This document shows, in pieces, positions 10,057 to 19,621 of a stretch of 64,000 nucleotides of DNA. Under the pieces are notes generated by a model. That model was not told the origin of the DNA. It did no database searches and saw only the letters and a program-made list of their open reading frames with translations. Position numbers and translations under genes: made by a program. The number at the start of each line of letters is the position of its first letter. Position 1 is the first letter of the stretch. Location of the stretch: the IMG/VR virus record IMGVR_UViG_3300042891_001180. One strand, given 5' to 3'. The stretch is from a virus.

Positions 10057-11141
10057 TAGGTAATCAATTTAAGTAGTGCTTGTTTTTCTGATTGATAACG
10101 CGATTTAACACCAGCTCGTATAGATTCCGAACTTGATTTAAATAAAGTATCGACGTTATTAATTTTATATTCGCTTACCAGGGTTACGATGTCTTTATCT
10201 GTAAGGGTACTTTTATCTCTTAACGCCTCGGTAAAAGCCTTAATATTAGCAGGACCAAATTGTACTGCCCCTGACCAAATTAAATCCTGGACTGCAGGCC
10301 CGTACTTAGTTAAATCTAATCCTTTTCTTTGCAGATTTGATACTGCTACATCGTAATATTTCTTTTGAATATAATCGTGTTGTTCTTTTTTAAAGTCTGC
10401 AGCATTTGTAGTTGCAATCTCTTTCCATTTAGCATCAAAGGCAGCCGTGGCAGGTTCTAACCCTGCAAATTTTTCTTTAAACTTAGAGTTGTTTAAAAAT
10501 TGAATAACAGGAGAGTTTTTAGCTGATGGTCTTGCTTTACCTGTTGACATAACTGCTGGTAAGAAAGATGCAAGTTGATAGGTACCGTAAGATGCACCAC
10601 CTAGATCGCCACCTGCACCTCCATTGTACGCATTAATCGTACCTGGACCCTTGCCACCGGATTCATATTTTTCAGATGTTTGACCAAGCTCCCAACCTTC
10701 AACAGTTGGTGTACCGACCTTAACTGGCTCACCTTGACCGTCAACAACTATATTACCTGAACCGTCTTTAAGTACTCCATCGTTAGGGTTAGATACTTGA
10801 GGTTTTTCTTCTAGTACTCTAAATGCTTTATTAGCTGCCTTGGTTGCAATAGTACCAAAGATGGCCGGTTGCTGCATGTCTTCACCATCAAGGAAGAATC
10901 CAATGACCCATGTACCTTCAACAGGCCCTAGCGGTGAAGAACCAATACCTGAAATGGCAGCCGAGGTGATAGGTTGTATAGGAGTTGCCCAGGGAAGATC
11001 TTTTGTAGGAAGAATTACTTTATTGTCTGTATGATAGCCGTATATACGAACTCTACATCTACCCATTTTTTCAGGATCCATGCGATCTTCTACGACCCCA
11101 ATCCACCAATTAAAACCATCCTTGTTAAAAATTCTTTGCAT
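10056..11141 (-). CDS. gp5: gp5 N-terminal half: OB fold plus lysozyme-like muralytic domain
   Basis: WWIGVVEDRMDPEKMGRCRVRIYGYH...DLPWA...GTWVIGFFLDGEDMQQP is the gp5 OB fold. SEKYESGG...GGASYGTYQL...AVQFGP resembles a VgrG3-type lysozyme-fold domain. Confidence 0.88.
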   Translation of the reverse strand: MQRIFNKDGFNWWIGVVEDRMDPEKMGRCRVRIYGYHTDNKVILPTKDLPWATPIQPITSAAISGIGSSPLGPVEGTWVIGFFLDGEDMQQPAIFGTIATKAANKAFRVLEEKPQVSNPNDGVLKDGSGNIVVDGQGEPVKVGTPTVEGWELGQTSEKYESGGKGPGTINAYNGGAGGDLGGASYGTYQLASFLPAVMSTGKARPSAKNSPVIQFLNNSKFKEKFAGLEPATAAFDAKWKEIATTNAADFKKEQHDYIQKKYYDVAVSNLQRKGLDLTKYGPAVQDLIWSGAVQFGPANIKAFTEALRDKSTLTDKDIVTLVSEYKINNVDTLFKSSSESIRAGVKSRYQSEKQALLKLIT

Positions 11142-11143
11142 AA

Positions 11144-12520
11144 TTAAACTTTCTCAATACTTTCTTGATCGACAAATAAAGAATCTTTTATTACTTCCAT
11201 TACCATTTGATGTTCAAATTTATTTACTTTATGATGTATAGCAGTAATAAGATAGTACCCAGAATATAGTTTATCTTGAGCAGTTGAACCGGTATCACTT
11301 TCACTTTTACCACCCATTGAAGGGTACTCAAAATAAATTAATCTCCCTACTTCTGCATCCGTTCTACCTGGTACAGTCATATTCATTTTAATATTGGTAA
11401 GTTCAAGCATACTTGATAAACGATTACCATGAATCTCGCCCATTTTTTCGCTTACGTTATCAGCATAGTCATTAAATAGTTTTGGATTTTTAGGGTAAAA
11501 ACTTATGTTGGTTGCAAAATTTCTAAATGTTTCATTATTAAAAACTGGCTTAGCCTCTTTACCAATGCCTGAAGTATGAAACTGCTTATCATAATTAGTT
11601 ACATGATCATAATCAATCAGTTCATACTCTTTGTTAAATACATCTAGATATATTAATCTATTACCAAGATACCCGTTAGTATAATTTTTAATATAATCTG
11701 TTGACTCTATCATTTCAACATCTTTAGCTAAAAACATCTCTCTATTTACATTTTGAGTATTTTTATCTTCACGAACATTAGAGGCAGATATAAGATACCT
11801 ACCTAGGTAATTTTTTTCTTGGTGAGCATTTCTAAATAAGTTTTCAAGAGTACCTAGATAAAAGCTTTTATTAGATTCAAAAAATATAAAGTTTTTAGCT
11901 ACCCCATCCTTTGGTATGGCTTTAGTAGCTAACCAATTAATGCATTTAAATGGAGACCAACCAGGGGAAACAAATTTTACTTTATTAGAAGACTCATTTA
12001 AAACTATTAAATCAGTACCAGAATTACCTTCGGTTACATTTTCATTGCTTTCTGATATATTAAATTTACGTGTACTAGCTAAGAAGTCTGTAAATATCTT
12101 ACCAGCAACATCTGTAACTATACCTTCAAAAGGAGAAAATAAAGGTAAAGATATATCATAAAAAAATTCAATAGAGATAAAATGTAATGTAAAATTTTGT
12201 GTATTATTATCTCTAACTATATTTCTATCAGTTAATTTATAGACTCTAAAAGTCTTTTCTATAACTTGATTATCAGGGAAAGAAGGAGTTCTTAGTTTTA
12301 CATTTAAAAACTCTTCTCCGTGAATATTGAACTTATCGATAATATTTCTACTATCCGTTAAAACTATATTACCGTTAAGATAATTTTTAAATATATCTTC
12401 GTATATGTTAAGTTCGACTACAAATTCAGTAAGGTCTATAACTTCATCACTTGCGTTAATAAGTTTAAGTTGCTCAATTCGTACCTCCCCAGCGCGCTGC
12501 AGACCTTGTTCACCAATCAT
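11144..12520 (-). CDS. Baseplate hub protein, gp27-like
   Basis: ELNIYEDIF, PGWSPFKCINWL, FIFFES, VPG...GRLI, YSGYYLITAIHH; lies between gp53 and gp5. Confidence 0.65.
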   Translation of the reverse strand: MIGEQGLQRAGEVRIEQLKLINASDEVIDLTEFVVELNIYEDIFKNYLNGNIVLTDSRNIIDKFNIHGEEFLNVKLRTPSFPDNQVIEKTFRVYKLTDRNIVRDNNTQNFTLHFISIEFFYDISLPLFSPFEGIVTDVAGKIFTDFLASTRKFNISESNENVTEGNSGTDLIVLNESSNKVKFVSPGWSPFKCINWLATKAIPKDGVAKNFIFFESNKSFYLGTLENLFRNAHQEKNYLGRYLISASNVREDKNTQNVNREMFLAKDVEMIESTDYIKNYTNGYLGNRLIYLDVFNKEYELIDYDHVTNYDKQFHTSGIGKEAKPVFNNETFRNFATNISFYPKNPKLFNDYADNVSEKMGEIHGNRLSSMLELTNIKMNMTVPGRTDAEVGRLIYFEYPSMGGKSESDTGSTAQDKLYSGYYLITAIHHKVNKFEHQMVMEVIKDSLFVDQESIEKV

Positions 12521-13215
12521 TATTCACTCAATTTCTTTTTAAAATCATTTACTACCGCATCTACATAGGAAGCTTTTAATATTTTAATTCTGCGTTTAGA
12601 TTCATTAACTCTATCTTCATATATTAAATTAGTAACTGGGGTACCTGTAAGGGTAGTGGTAGTTGAGATATTACCAATTATAGAAGTATTAGAAGCTAGT
12701 ACAAATTGATCTCCTGAAATAAAGCCACCGGTAGTTACAGTTACAAATACATTTGAATTACTTATCTTAGATGTAATTACACCTGAACCAATATTAGTAT
12801 TATTGGTGATAGGGTCGTTAAGTGCAAAATTACCGAATGAATTATTAGATGTAAGTATTACATTCCCGTTAATGTAGTTTAGGTTAGCATCTTCATAGTG
12901 ATGTATACCATTCACATCTGTGTATTTACCAGCAACATAAAGGTTTAAATTGTTAGTACTTAGAGGCCAGTCAAATCTCGGATCTATAATATCATTATAG
13001 TGCAGTACAAGCCAGTGTAATTCAGAATTTCTATAGAACTTATCAGCTACCAGTTCCGGCGTCTCTCCATCTTTTACATCGTACTCGTCAAACAATGCTA
13101 GATTATTTTTTACCTCATCAGCAAGAGTTACCCGGGTAGTAATGTTGGTTACGACTTGTACTGTACTCGTATCATCTAAAGAATAAAGTGTATAGGGAAA
13201 ACTTTTAAAGTACAT
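12520..13215 (-). CDS. gp53: Baseplate wedge protein gp53
   Basis: MYFKSFP, YDVKDGETPELVADKFY...HWLVL..NDIIDPRFDWPL, NESKRRIKILK. Confidence 0.9.
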   Translation of the reverse strand: MYFKSFPYTLYSLDDTSTVQVVTNITTRVTLADEVKNNLALFDEYDVKDGETPELVADKFYRNSELHWLVLHYNDIIDPRFDWPLSTNNLNLYVAGKYTDVNGIHHYEDANLNYINGNVILTSNNSFGNFALNDPITNNTNIGSGVITSKISNSNVFVTVTTGGFISGDQFVLASNTSIIGNISTTTTLTGTPVTNLIYEDRVNESKRRIKILKASYVDAVVNDFKKKLSE

Positions 13216-14357
13216 TAGTATCCTTCACTTATCATATTCTTAGTGAGAATTTCAAGTTCACGGAACGTTAACGACATATTAATTTCAGTTGGTGATCCAT
13301 CTCTAAATGATGAGAATTGTTCTCCACCGTAGCTTACATCCATATTTTCTAACACACATGTTGCAAATCTATGAAAGTAACCGTTTTCATCATTACCAAA
13401 ATAGTAGGTGATGTTAAATTCTGAAGGGTAAATAAAAAATAATTTACCAGCTGACATTTCCGGATGCATATGAAATTTAAAGGTCTCTATAATTTTATGT
13501 ACATCGTCAGATTCTCTTTTATTTTTAGGATAAAATTTATATTTAAAAGCAAAAGACCTAAAATCAACAGACTCAAATACGGTTTCTCTAAAAGGGTTTA
13601 AAGCAGTTCCAGTTGATACACTTAATGCTGAAGCAATATCTGCTGCACCAAAGGCACCGGGTAACTTAGCAAGTGTGGCTCCTATTGCTGCTCCTGCTTC
13701 TACAGAGCCTGCTTTAAATCCTGCACCGTCAATAACACTACCACTTAATACCCCTAACAATGTACCTAGCTCTTTATTAGCATAGTTCATACTGTATTTT
13801 ACAGTTGGGGGACCATCAACGTAAAGAGCAATTGCATCAGAAATTCTATAGGTTGTATCAGGCTTTAAAATAGCTGAGGCTGCTACTGCACCTCCAACTG
13901 CAACTGCGGCTGCGGCGCCTGTTAAATTGGCTCCGGTGTTTATAGCAGCCTCTTTTAAATCTCTTTGAGCCGTAGTTAAATTCTTACCCCCTGTTAGACC
14001 GAAAGATTTAGCAGCTCCTTTAACTAATGCTGAAACAGCAACCCCGGCAGTAGCTCCTGCAGCTATAGCAGTAGTTGCTCTTATAGGACCACTAGCAAGT
14101 TGATCAGGAGATAGGTTAGCCGAATTAGGGTTCTTTTTTACTTCAAATTGCACCTTATCAGCATTAAACTTAGATTTCCCTCTAATATTAATATTAAATA
14201 AAATGTAATGTTTTAAATTATCTGCTATTTGAAGGTCTGAAGGATACTGCCTAATACTAACATTAAAGCGATTTTTATCAATGCTACCACCCGAGCTTGT
14301 ACTCTCCTTGTAAGCATCTAAGGCTGTTTTCTGGCGTTCTTTAATATCTGCGGCCAT
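13215..14357 (-). CDS. gp48: Baseplate tail tube cap gp48
   Basis: NPFRETVFESVDFRSFAFKYKFYPKN..ES, FIYPSEFNI, CVLENMDVSY, LTFRELEILTK. Confidence 0.85.
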   Translation of the reverse strand: MAADIKERQKTALDAYKESTSSGGSIDKNRFNVSIRQYPSDLQIADNLKHYILFNINIRGKSKFNADKVQFEVKKNPNSANLSPDQLASGPIRATTAIAAGATAGVAVSALVKGAAKSFGLTGGKNLTTAQRDLKEAAINTGANLTGAAAAVAVGGAVAASAILKPDTTYRISDAIALYVDGPPTVKYSMNYANKELGTLLGVLSGSVIDGAGFKAGSVEAGAAIGATLAKLPGAFGAADIASALSVSTGTALNPFRETVFESVDFRSFAFKYKFYPKNKRESDDVHKIIETFKFHMHPEMSAGKLFFIYPSEFNITYYFGNDENGYFHRFATCVLENMDVSYGGEQFSSFRDGSPTEINMSLTFRELEILTKNMISEGY

Positions 14358-14367
14358 AGGGAATTTC

Positions 14368-14401
14368 CATAAATAGTAGATTAAGTTATATTATATTTAT
14401 C
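14368..14401. promoter_or_regulatory. Pair of late promoters for divergent genes (CATAAATA, + strand, 14368-14375; GATAAATA, - strand, 14394-14401)
   Basis: ATAAATA cores on both strands in the gp48/gp4 gap. Confidence 0.6.
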
Positions 14402-14406
14402 CCGTT

Positions 14407-14850
14407 ATGTACAAATCAACTCACAGAGGACGTTACAGGATCTCTAACCCTGTAAAATACAGAGGTAACATTCATGATGTTATCTACAGATCGTCGTGGG
14501 AATTAAAATTTATGAAATGGTGTGATAATAATGTATCTGTACTGGAATGGGGTTCAGAAACTATGATTATACCTTATAAGTCTCCAGTTGATAGCAAAAT
14601 ACATCGTTATTTTGTAGATTTCTATATACGGGTTAAAGACAAACATGGGGGCATTACTAAGTATTTAATTGAGATTAAACCAGAAAAATTTACGAAACCA
14701 CCAGCTATCCCTCAACGCCAAACTAAAAGATTCATTGATGAGGTGTTTCAATACGGAGTTAATCAATCTAAATGGAAAGCAGCTGACGAGTATTGTGTAG
14801 ATAGAGGTATGAAATTCCTAGTTTTAACCGAAAAAGACCTTGGGCTATAA
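14407..14850 (+). CDS. gp4: Head completion nuclease gp4 (TnsA-like)
   Basis: NPVKYRG..IYRSSWELKFMKWCD, WGSE, HRYFVDF, LIEIKP, NQSKWKAA. Confidence 0.93.
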   Translation: MYKSTHRGRYRISNPVKYRGNIHDVIYRSSWELKFMKWCDNNVSVLEWGSETMIIPYKSPVDSKIHRYFVDFYIRVKDKHGGITKYLIEIKPEKFTKPPAIPQRQTKRFIDEVFQYGVNQSKWKAADEYCVDRGMKFLVLTEKDLGL

Positions 14851-14852
14851 CG

Positions 14853-14860
14853 GATAAATA
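14853..14860 (+). promoter_or_regulatory. Late promoter GATAAATA, 5 nt before the gp2 ATG
   Basis: ATAAATA core. Confidence 0.6.
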
Positions 14861-14865
14861 TTATT

Positions 14866-15435
14866 ATGGCAACTGTTAATCCTTTTCAAGATATTAGAAT
14901 GAAGGCGGGTGATGTAGATCGCTCTCTTAACTGGTATCAGGTTCAAATTAAGAACCTTAAAAACGTCAGACCTAATCAGTTGATGGCAAATACACCTGAG
15001 TTAACGACAACCATTATGCCTGGTAACATGTATATGTTCTTTTACGATGCTAAGTTAAAAGACAAATTACCTTACTGGGATATGTTTCCTTTGGTACTGC
15101 CTTTTAGAAAAGTACCGGGTGGGTTCTTTGGATTAAATTTGCATTATATACCTTACCCTGTCAGATTTAAATTACTTGCTGCGATGCATGATTTAGCTTA
15201 CGATGCTAAGGTTACTGAAAATACAAGACTTCAGTTAAACTGGAGAATATTGAATGCTTCAACTAGATATGCACCAGTTAAGGCTTGTGTAAAACATTAT
15301 CTTTTTGATCAGCTTCAATCTAGATTTTTAAAGGTACATTACCCTGATTGGGTTACTGCTTCACAACTACCTGTTGAGAGGTTTGTTGGAGCTAATAAAA
15401 CAGAGGTCTGGAGAGATTCCAGAAAAAAATACTAA
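14866..15435 (+). CDS. gp2: DNA end protector protein gp2
   Basis: PGNMYMFFYDAKLKDKLPYWDMFPLVL, GLNLHY, CVKHYL. Confidence 0.93.
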   Translation: MATVNPFQDIRMKAGDVDRSLNWYQVQIKNLKNVRPNQLMANTPELTTTIMPGNMYMFFYDAKLKDKLPYWDMFPLVLPFRKVPGGFFGLNLHYIPYPVRFKLLAAMHDLAYDAKVTENTRLQLNWRILNASTRYAPVKACVKHYLFDQLQSRFLKVHYPDWVTASQLPVERFVGANKTEVWRDSRKKY

Positions 15436-16127
15436 TGGCAAAGTCTAATTTTAATTTAAGTCAGTTTATAGGTGCAGTTAGAGAAGATAGTCTGGCCAGA
15501 GTAAATAGGTTTGAGGTCTTTATTAATGCTCCAAGCTCCCTAACCAATAAAAATATTGCTAACTCAGGTGCTATAAGTTTATATTGTGAGATGGCAAGTT
15601 TACCCCCTGTAAATATATCGACTAAGTCTTTTAAGATCTTTGGCCCTACCTATCAAAGACCGTTTAGCGCGGAGTACGGAGGCGAAGGTATTTCTATGAC
15701 TTTTCACGTTGATAGGGATATGCAGGTTAAAAAATTCTTTGATAATTGGACTGCTAAGGTGGTGGATCCTGATTCAGGATTTGTAGGGTTTCAAGAAGAT
15801 TATATTTCTACAATTAGACTTAGGCAGTTAAATGAGCAAGATGATATTACATATGAATTAGAGCTGTATGAAGCATTTCCTCGAAGTGTAAATCTTTTAG
15901 AATTAAATAATTCTGCTCAAAATCAAACCCATCGGCTTAACGTACTATTTGCATACCGTTACTGGAAAGATGTAAGCCCGGAATTTCAAACTATGCCAAT
16001 GGATATTCCTAGACAACGTTTGTTTCCTCAAGTACCGGTCGCTGATGTTAGAAATAGACAATTTAGTCCATTTACCGCACAACTTGAATTTGATACCCCG
16101 GGGTCTGATCTACCCATTTCAGCTTAA
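15435..16127 (+). CDS. gp54: Baseplate tail tube initiator, gp54-like (tail tube fold)
   Basis: LARVNRFEVFI, CEMASLP, ISMTFHVDRDM..KKFFDNW, LYEAFP, VLFAYRYW. Confidence 0.75.
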   Translation: MAKSNFNLSQFIGAVREDSLARVNRFEVFINAPSSLTNKNIANSGAISLYCEMASLPPVNISTKSFKIFGPTYQRPFSAEYGGEGISMTFHVDRDMQVKKFFDNWTAKVVDPDSGFVGFQEDYISTIRLRQLNEQDDITYELELYEAFPRSVNLLELNNSAQNQTHRLNVLFAYRYWKDVSPEFQTMPMDIPRQRLFPQVPVADVRNRQFSPFTAQLEFDTPGSDLPISA

Positions 16128-16142
16128 TAATAGGAAAATATA

Positions 16143-16838
16143 ATGGCTTTACCAAAATTAGAAACACCAACGTATGAATTGATTCTACCATCGACAGGTA
16201 ATAAACTTAAATTTAGACCTTTCTTAGTTAAAGAACATAAGATTCTTTTAACTATGTCAGAAGCCGATAATAATGAGGTAGCAAGAATTATAAGAGAGTT
16301 AGTAGATGTATGTACGTTTAAAACTATAAAGATAAAAGAATTACCGCATTTTGATATTGAATATATCTTTATGCATTTAAGAGCAAAGTCAATTAGCGAG
16401 ACGGTTGAAGTTGTAGTTAATTGTGAATGTGGCGAAAAGATAGATGCTACTTTCAATATTGATGAGCTAAAGGTAGTAAAACCTGAAGGTCATTCTAATA
16501 AGATTATGATTAATGATGAAATCGGTATTGAGTTAAAGTATCCTAATATAGATGATGTTGTAGATGTATTTGCTACTAAAGATAATCAGAAGGTAATAGA
16601 TCTTATTATCAGAAGTATTAAAGCTATCTACAATCAAGAAGAGTATTGGGAGGCATCAGATCAATCGAAAGAAGAGTTAGAAGAATTTATTTATTCTTTA
16701 ACTAAAGAACAGTTTGATAAACTTGAACAGTTCTTTGTAACTTCTCCTAAGATTGTTCAGACTATTGAATGTGATTGTCCTAAGTGTGGAAAGCATAATG
16801 TTACCAAGCTTGAAGGATTACAAAATTTTTTCGTATAA
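16143..16838 (+). CDS. gp26: Baseplate hub assembly protein gp26
   Basis: MALPKLETPTYELILPS..KFRPFLVKEHKILL, FDIEYIFMHLRAKSISE, CPKCG...LEGLQNFFV. Confidence 0.9.
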   Translation: MALPKLETPTYELILPSTGNKLKFRPFLVKEHKILLTMSEADNNEVARIIRELVDVCTFKTIKIKELPHFDIEYIFMHLRAKSISETVEVVVNCECGEKIDATFNIDELKVVKPEGHSNKIMINDEIGIELKYPNIDDVVDVFATKDNQKVIDLIIRSIKAIYNQEEYWEASDQSKEELEEFIYSLTKEQFDKLEQFFVTSPKIVQTIECDCPKCGKHNVTKLEGLQNFFV

Positions 16839-17032
16839 CCCTTTCCCAGGATAGTTTAGTTAATTATTTTACACTGAACTTTTCATTAATGCACCATCAT
16901 AAGTACAGCTTGACTGAAATTGAAAATATGATGCCGTGGGAGAGGGAGATTTATGTTTCGTTATTGATAGATTTTATTAAACAAGAAAACGAGAAGTTGA
17001 AAATACTTAAACAAAATGCGAGGAATACATGA
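16835..17032 (+). CDS. gp51: Baseplate hub assembly catalyst gp51 (not in ORF track; first ATG 16889, coding frame open upstream)
   Basis: Manual translation ITLSQDSLVNYFTLNFSLMHHHKYSLTEIENMMPWEREIYVSLLIDFIKQENEK, in the -1 frame relative to gp26. Confidence 0.85.
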   Translation: MTLSQDSLVNYFTLNFSLMHHHKYSLTEIENMMPWEREIYVSLLIDFIKQENEKLKILKQNARNT

Positions 17033-17577
17033 CTAAAGAAAATAAAAAAGAAGAAAAAGTACAGAAGAAACCAGATGAAGATTGGATGACCAAGAAATGG
17101 CGTCCAATGATGGCAATTATGTATATGACATGTTGTCTTATGGATTTTGCGATATTTCCAATTATGTTTACCATTGTTCAGTTCTGGGAAACAGCTATAC
17201 AAAATGATGCATTTAGACAATGGGTTCCTATTACGTTACAGGGCGGTGGTTTGTTCCACGTAGCCATGGGTGCCGTTCTAGGTGTTTCAGCTTACGGTCG
17301 TACGCAAGAAAAGGTAGCAGGAGCATCGAATGTCTCAACCAGTTTCCAAGGAGGCGGGGTACCAACTCCTAACCTATCTTCGTCAGTACCGTCATTCTCA
17401 GGCGGTGGGTTTAACTCTCCACAGCAATCACCAGGCTTTGGAGCACCCCAGAGTCAATCATTCGGTTCATCCCAGTCCTATAATACTACAGAAACTGTAA
17501 CTGAATTTAGCATGAGTCCTGCTCCTACATCGGCACCCGGTGGAAGAAGACCCGTTACTCCTAACTTCAACGTATAA
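17029..17577 (+). CDS. 3TM holin-like protein (GTA holin family) with low-complexity C-terminal tail
   Basis: KWRPMMA..TM..LGVSAYGRTQEK motif. Confidence 0.65.
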   Translation: MTKENKKEEKVQKKPDEDWMTKKWRPMMAIMYMTCCLMDFAIFPIMFTIVQFWETAIQNDAFRQWVPITLQGGGLFHVAMGAVLGVSAYGRTQEKVAGASNVSTSFQGGGVPTPNLSSSVPSFSGGGFNSPQQSPGFGAPQSQSFGSSQSYNTTETVTEFSMSPAPTSAPGGRRPVTPNFNV

Positions 17578-19388
17578 TGCAATCTCCAACAGCATCTGAT
17601 CCTAGCTTTAAAGCGTTTCTGGAGAAACTTCAGGAACAGAATTCTCGTAGTTTTATTACTCAGCTTATTCAGCTTAAGGCGGAAAGAGAAATTGCTGGTG
17701 AAGATAATGATAAGAGAGAAGAGCAGCTGGATGAAGTAATTAAATCTCTTAATAATTTAAGGACTGCAGTTACAGGTATTAATATAGAAATTAATATTAA
17801 ACCACTGGTTGATATCGGTGAAAATCAAACTAGACTATTAGAAGAATTATCAAGAGAAGCATCTCTAACTCGTAAACTTACTGAGGGTAGTGTCGAGTAT
17901 GATAAGGAAGCAGCTCAGTATAGGAATACCAGCGGTCGTGATATTGAAAGTAAAGTTTCCGGTAAGACATCTAAGAGCGGTGGTTTTATAGATTTTGAAA
18001 CTGCAAGAGATACCTTATCAGGTCAAGGTAAGAGGGTCAGGGAGGATAATGCCTTTGATTTAAAACCTATAAATTATACTCCTGGTAAAGTAGTAGCATC
18101 TACTGTAAAGGGATCTGGAATACCGGTCTCTAAAACAGTGAAAGAAGAAGAGAATCAAGATCGTAGTTTATTAGATGCAATAAAAGACAGTATAAATTTT
18201 GTTTTAACTGATGGTTTATCTGAAAAAACTGGTTATGATATTTTTAAGACTCCATCGAAGGATGTAGCTAAAAAAGAAAGAGAAGCTAAAGTATCTAGCC
18301 CAAGACAAGAAAACCCTGAAGCAGATAATATTAATACTACAGGTGAAATACAGGCAGATGTAGCTAAAAGCGATCTTGAGTTATCTAAACAGATGTTAGA
18401 TACAACAAGAGAGCAACTTACTGTATTAAAAGAAATAAGAGATGCTCTGGCCCCTACTACTCCTAAAGAGTTAACAGAACAAAAAAGCTCGGCTACCCCA
18501 AGCAAAGAAAAAGATGAGGATTCAACAGATTCTGGTACACTTTTACCAGATATAGATTTACCAGATCGCAGAAGACCTACTCGCAGAGCTCCACGTACAG
18601 GTACCCCTAAGCCTTCAAAGGTAGGTCTTGGATTAAAGATAGGAGGCGCGCTTGCTATTGGAGCAGGCGCCTATACTGCTTATACTGGTATTTCAGAGGC
18701 TGAGGATAGTAAGCAGGCCAAGCTTGAAGAAGTTCAGGCTCAAGTAGATGCAGGTAGTATTAAACCAGAAGAGGCTGCAATACAAAGAAAAGAGATCGGC
18801 AATACAGCTACTATTGAAAAGAGTGGAGCAGTCGGTGAAGGTACAGGGCTTGCAGGAGGAGCAATTGCAGGTGGTGTAGCTGGTGCAAAATTAGGAGCTA
18901 CCGTAGGTACTTTCTTTGGACCAGGTATAGGTACAGCAATAGGCGCAGGTGTTGGAGGTTTAGCCGGTGGTGCTCTAGGGGCTTTCGCAGGATCAGGTGC
19001 AGGTAAGTATGTAGGTGAAGCTATTGGCGGTGGTATAAACACAGCTAAGAATTTCTTTAGTGGAGGTGATTATAAACAGCCTGTTAATATTACCCCATCT
19101 ACAGTACAAGGGGTAAGTGCTGAAGAAGCAGCCAGGGTAAGAAGTAATTACGCCACGGTAGATCCAAGAAGAGTAGATTTAGCAGGTAAAAATGTAAATC
19201 AAACTTCTACGGAAAATAGAGATATGGAAAGAGACGTAAGCGGTAAAGGCGGAGCTAATAATACCATTGTGTCTAATAACGTCAGTAGTAACAATACAAC
19301 TAAATTTGTCCCAATGAAAGCTAATCCTAGACCTGAGTATACCGGGTCTTCTCTAGATCGATATACAAACCGTATAACGGTTTATTAA
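17577..19388 (+). CDS. Tape measure / baseplate hub protein, gp29-like
   Basis: 603 aa, coiled-coil N-terminus, glycine-zipper hydrophobic segment, NNTIVSNNV near the C-terminus; follows gp26/gp51. Confidence 0.6.
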   Translation: MQSPTASDPSFKAFLEKLQEQNSRSFITQLIQLKAEREIAGEDNDKREEQLDEVIKSLNNLRTAVTGINIEINIKPLVDIGENQTRLLEELSREASLTRKLTEGSVEYDKEAAQYRNTSGRDIESKVSGKTSKSGGFIDFETARDTLSGQGKRVREDNAFDLKPINYTPGKVVASTVKGSGIPVSKTVKEEENQDRSLLDAIKDSINFVLTDGLSEKTGYDIFKTPSKDVAKKEREAKVSSPRQENPEADNINTTGEIQADVAKSDLELSKQMLDTTREQLTVLKEIRDALAPTTPKELTEQKSSATPSKEKDEDSTDSGTLLPDIDLPDRRRPTRRAPRTGTPKPSKVGLGLKIGGALAIGAGAYTAYTGISEAEDSKQAKLEEVQAQVDAGSIKPEEAAIQRKEIGNTATIEKSGAVGEGTGLAGGAIAGGVAGAKLGATVGTFFGPGIGTAIGAGVGGLAGGALGAFAGSGAGKYVGEAIGGGINTAKNFFSGGDYKQPVNITPSTVQGVSAEEAARVRSNYATVDPRRVDLAGKNVNQTSTENRDMERDVSGKGGANNTIVSNNVSSNNTTKFVPMKANPRPEYTGSSLDRYTNRITVY

Positions 19389-19389
19389 T

Positions 19390-19420
19390 AAAAAAGGGGC
19401 ATTTTAAGCCCCTTTTCTTT
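19390..19420. terminator. Bidirectional intrinsic terminator
   Basis: AAAAGGGGC-attttaa-GCCCCTTTT between convergent genes. Confidence 0.85.
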
Positions 19421-19613
19421 ACTTCTTTTCAGCTGGCTTATCTGCCGGCTTTGCTGCAGGCTTTTCAGCCTTCTTTTCAGCAGGCTTCTTCTCCGCCTTC
19501 TTTACTACGTGACAGCCATCTGCTTCCGTCTGACCTTCTTTACAAGGTTTCTTTGGAGCCGCATAAGCACTAAGTGCAAATACAGAAATACAAACTACTA
19601 GAAATTTTTTCAT
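19419..19613 (-). CDS. Small exported Lys/Ala/Pro-rich protein
   Basis: Signal peptide MKKFLVVCISVFALSAYA, two Cys, KKAEKKPA repeats. Confidence 0.7.
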   Translation of the reverse strand: MKKFLVVCISVFALSAYAAPKKPCKEGQTEADGCHVVKKAEKKPAEKKAEKPAAKPADKPAEKK

Positions 19614-19621
19614 CTTAATCC

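Noticed and set aside
18740-19042. Pro/Ala-rich minus-strand ORF
   Set aside because: Antisense shadow of the glycine-zipper region of the tape-measure-like gene
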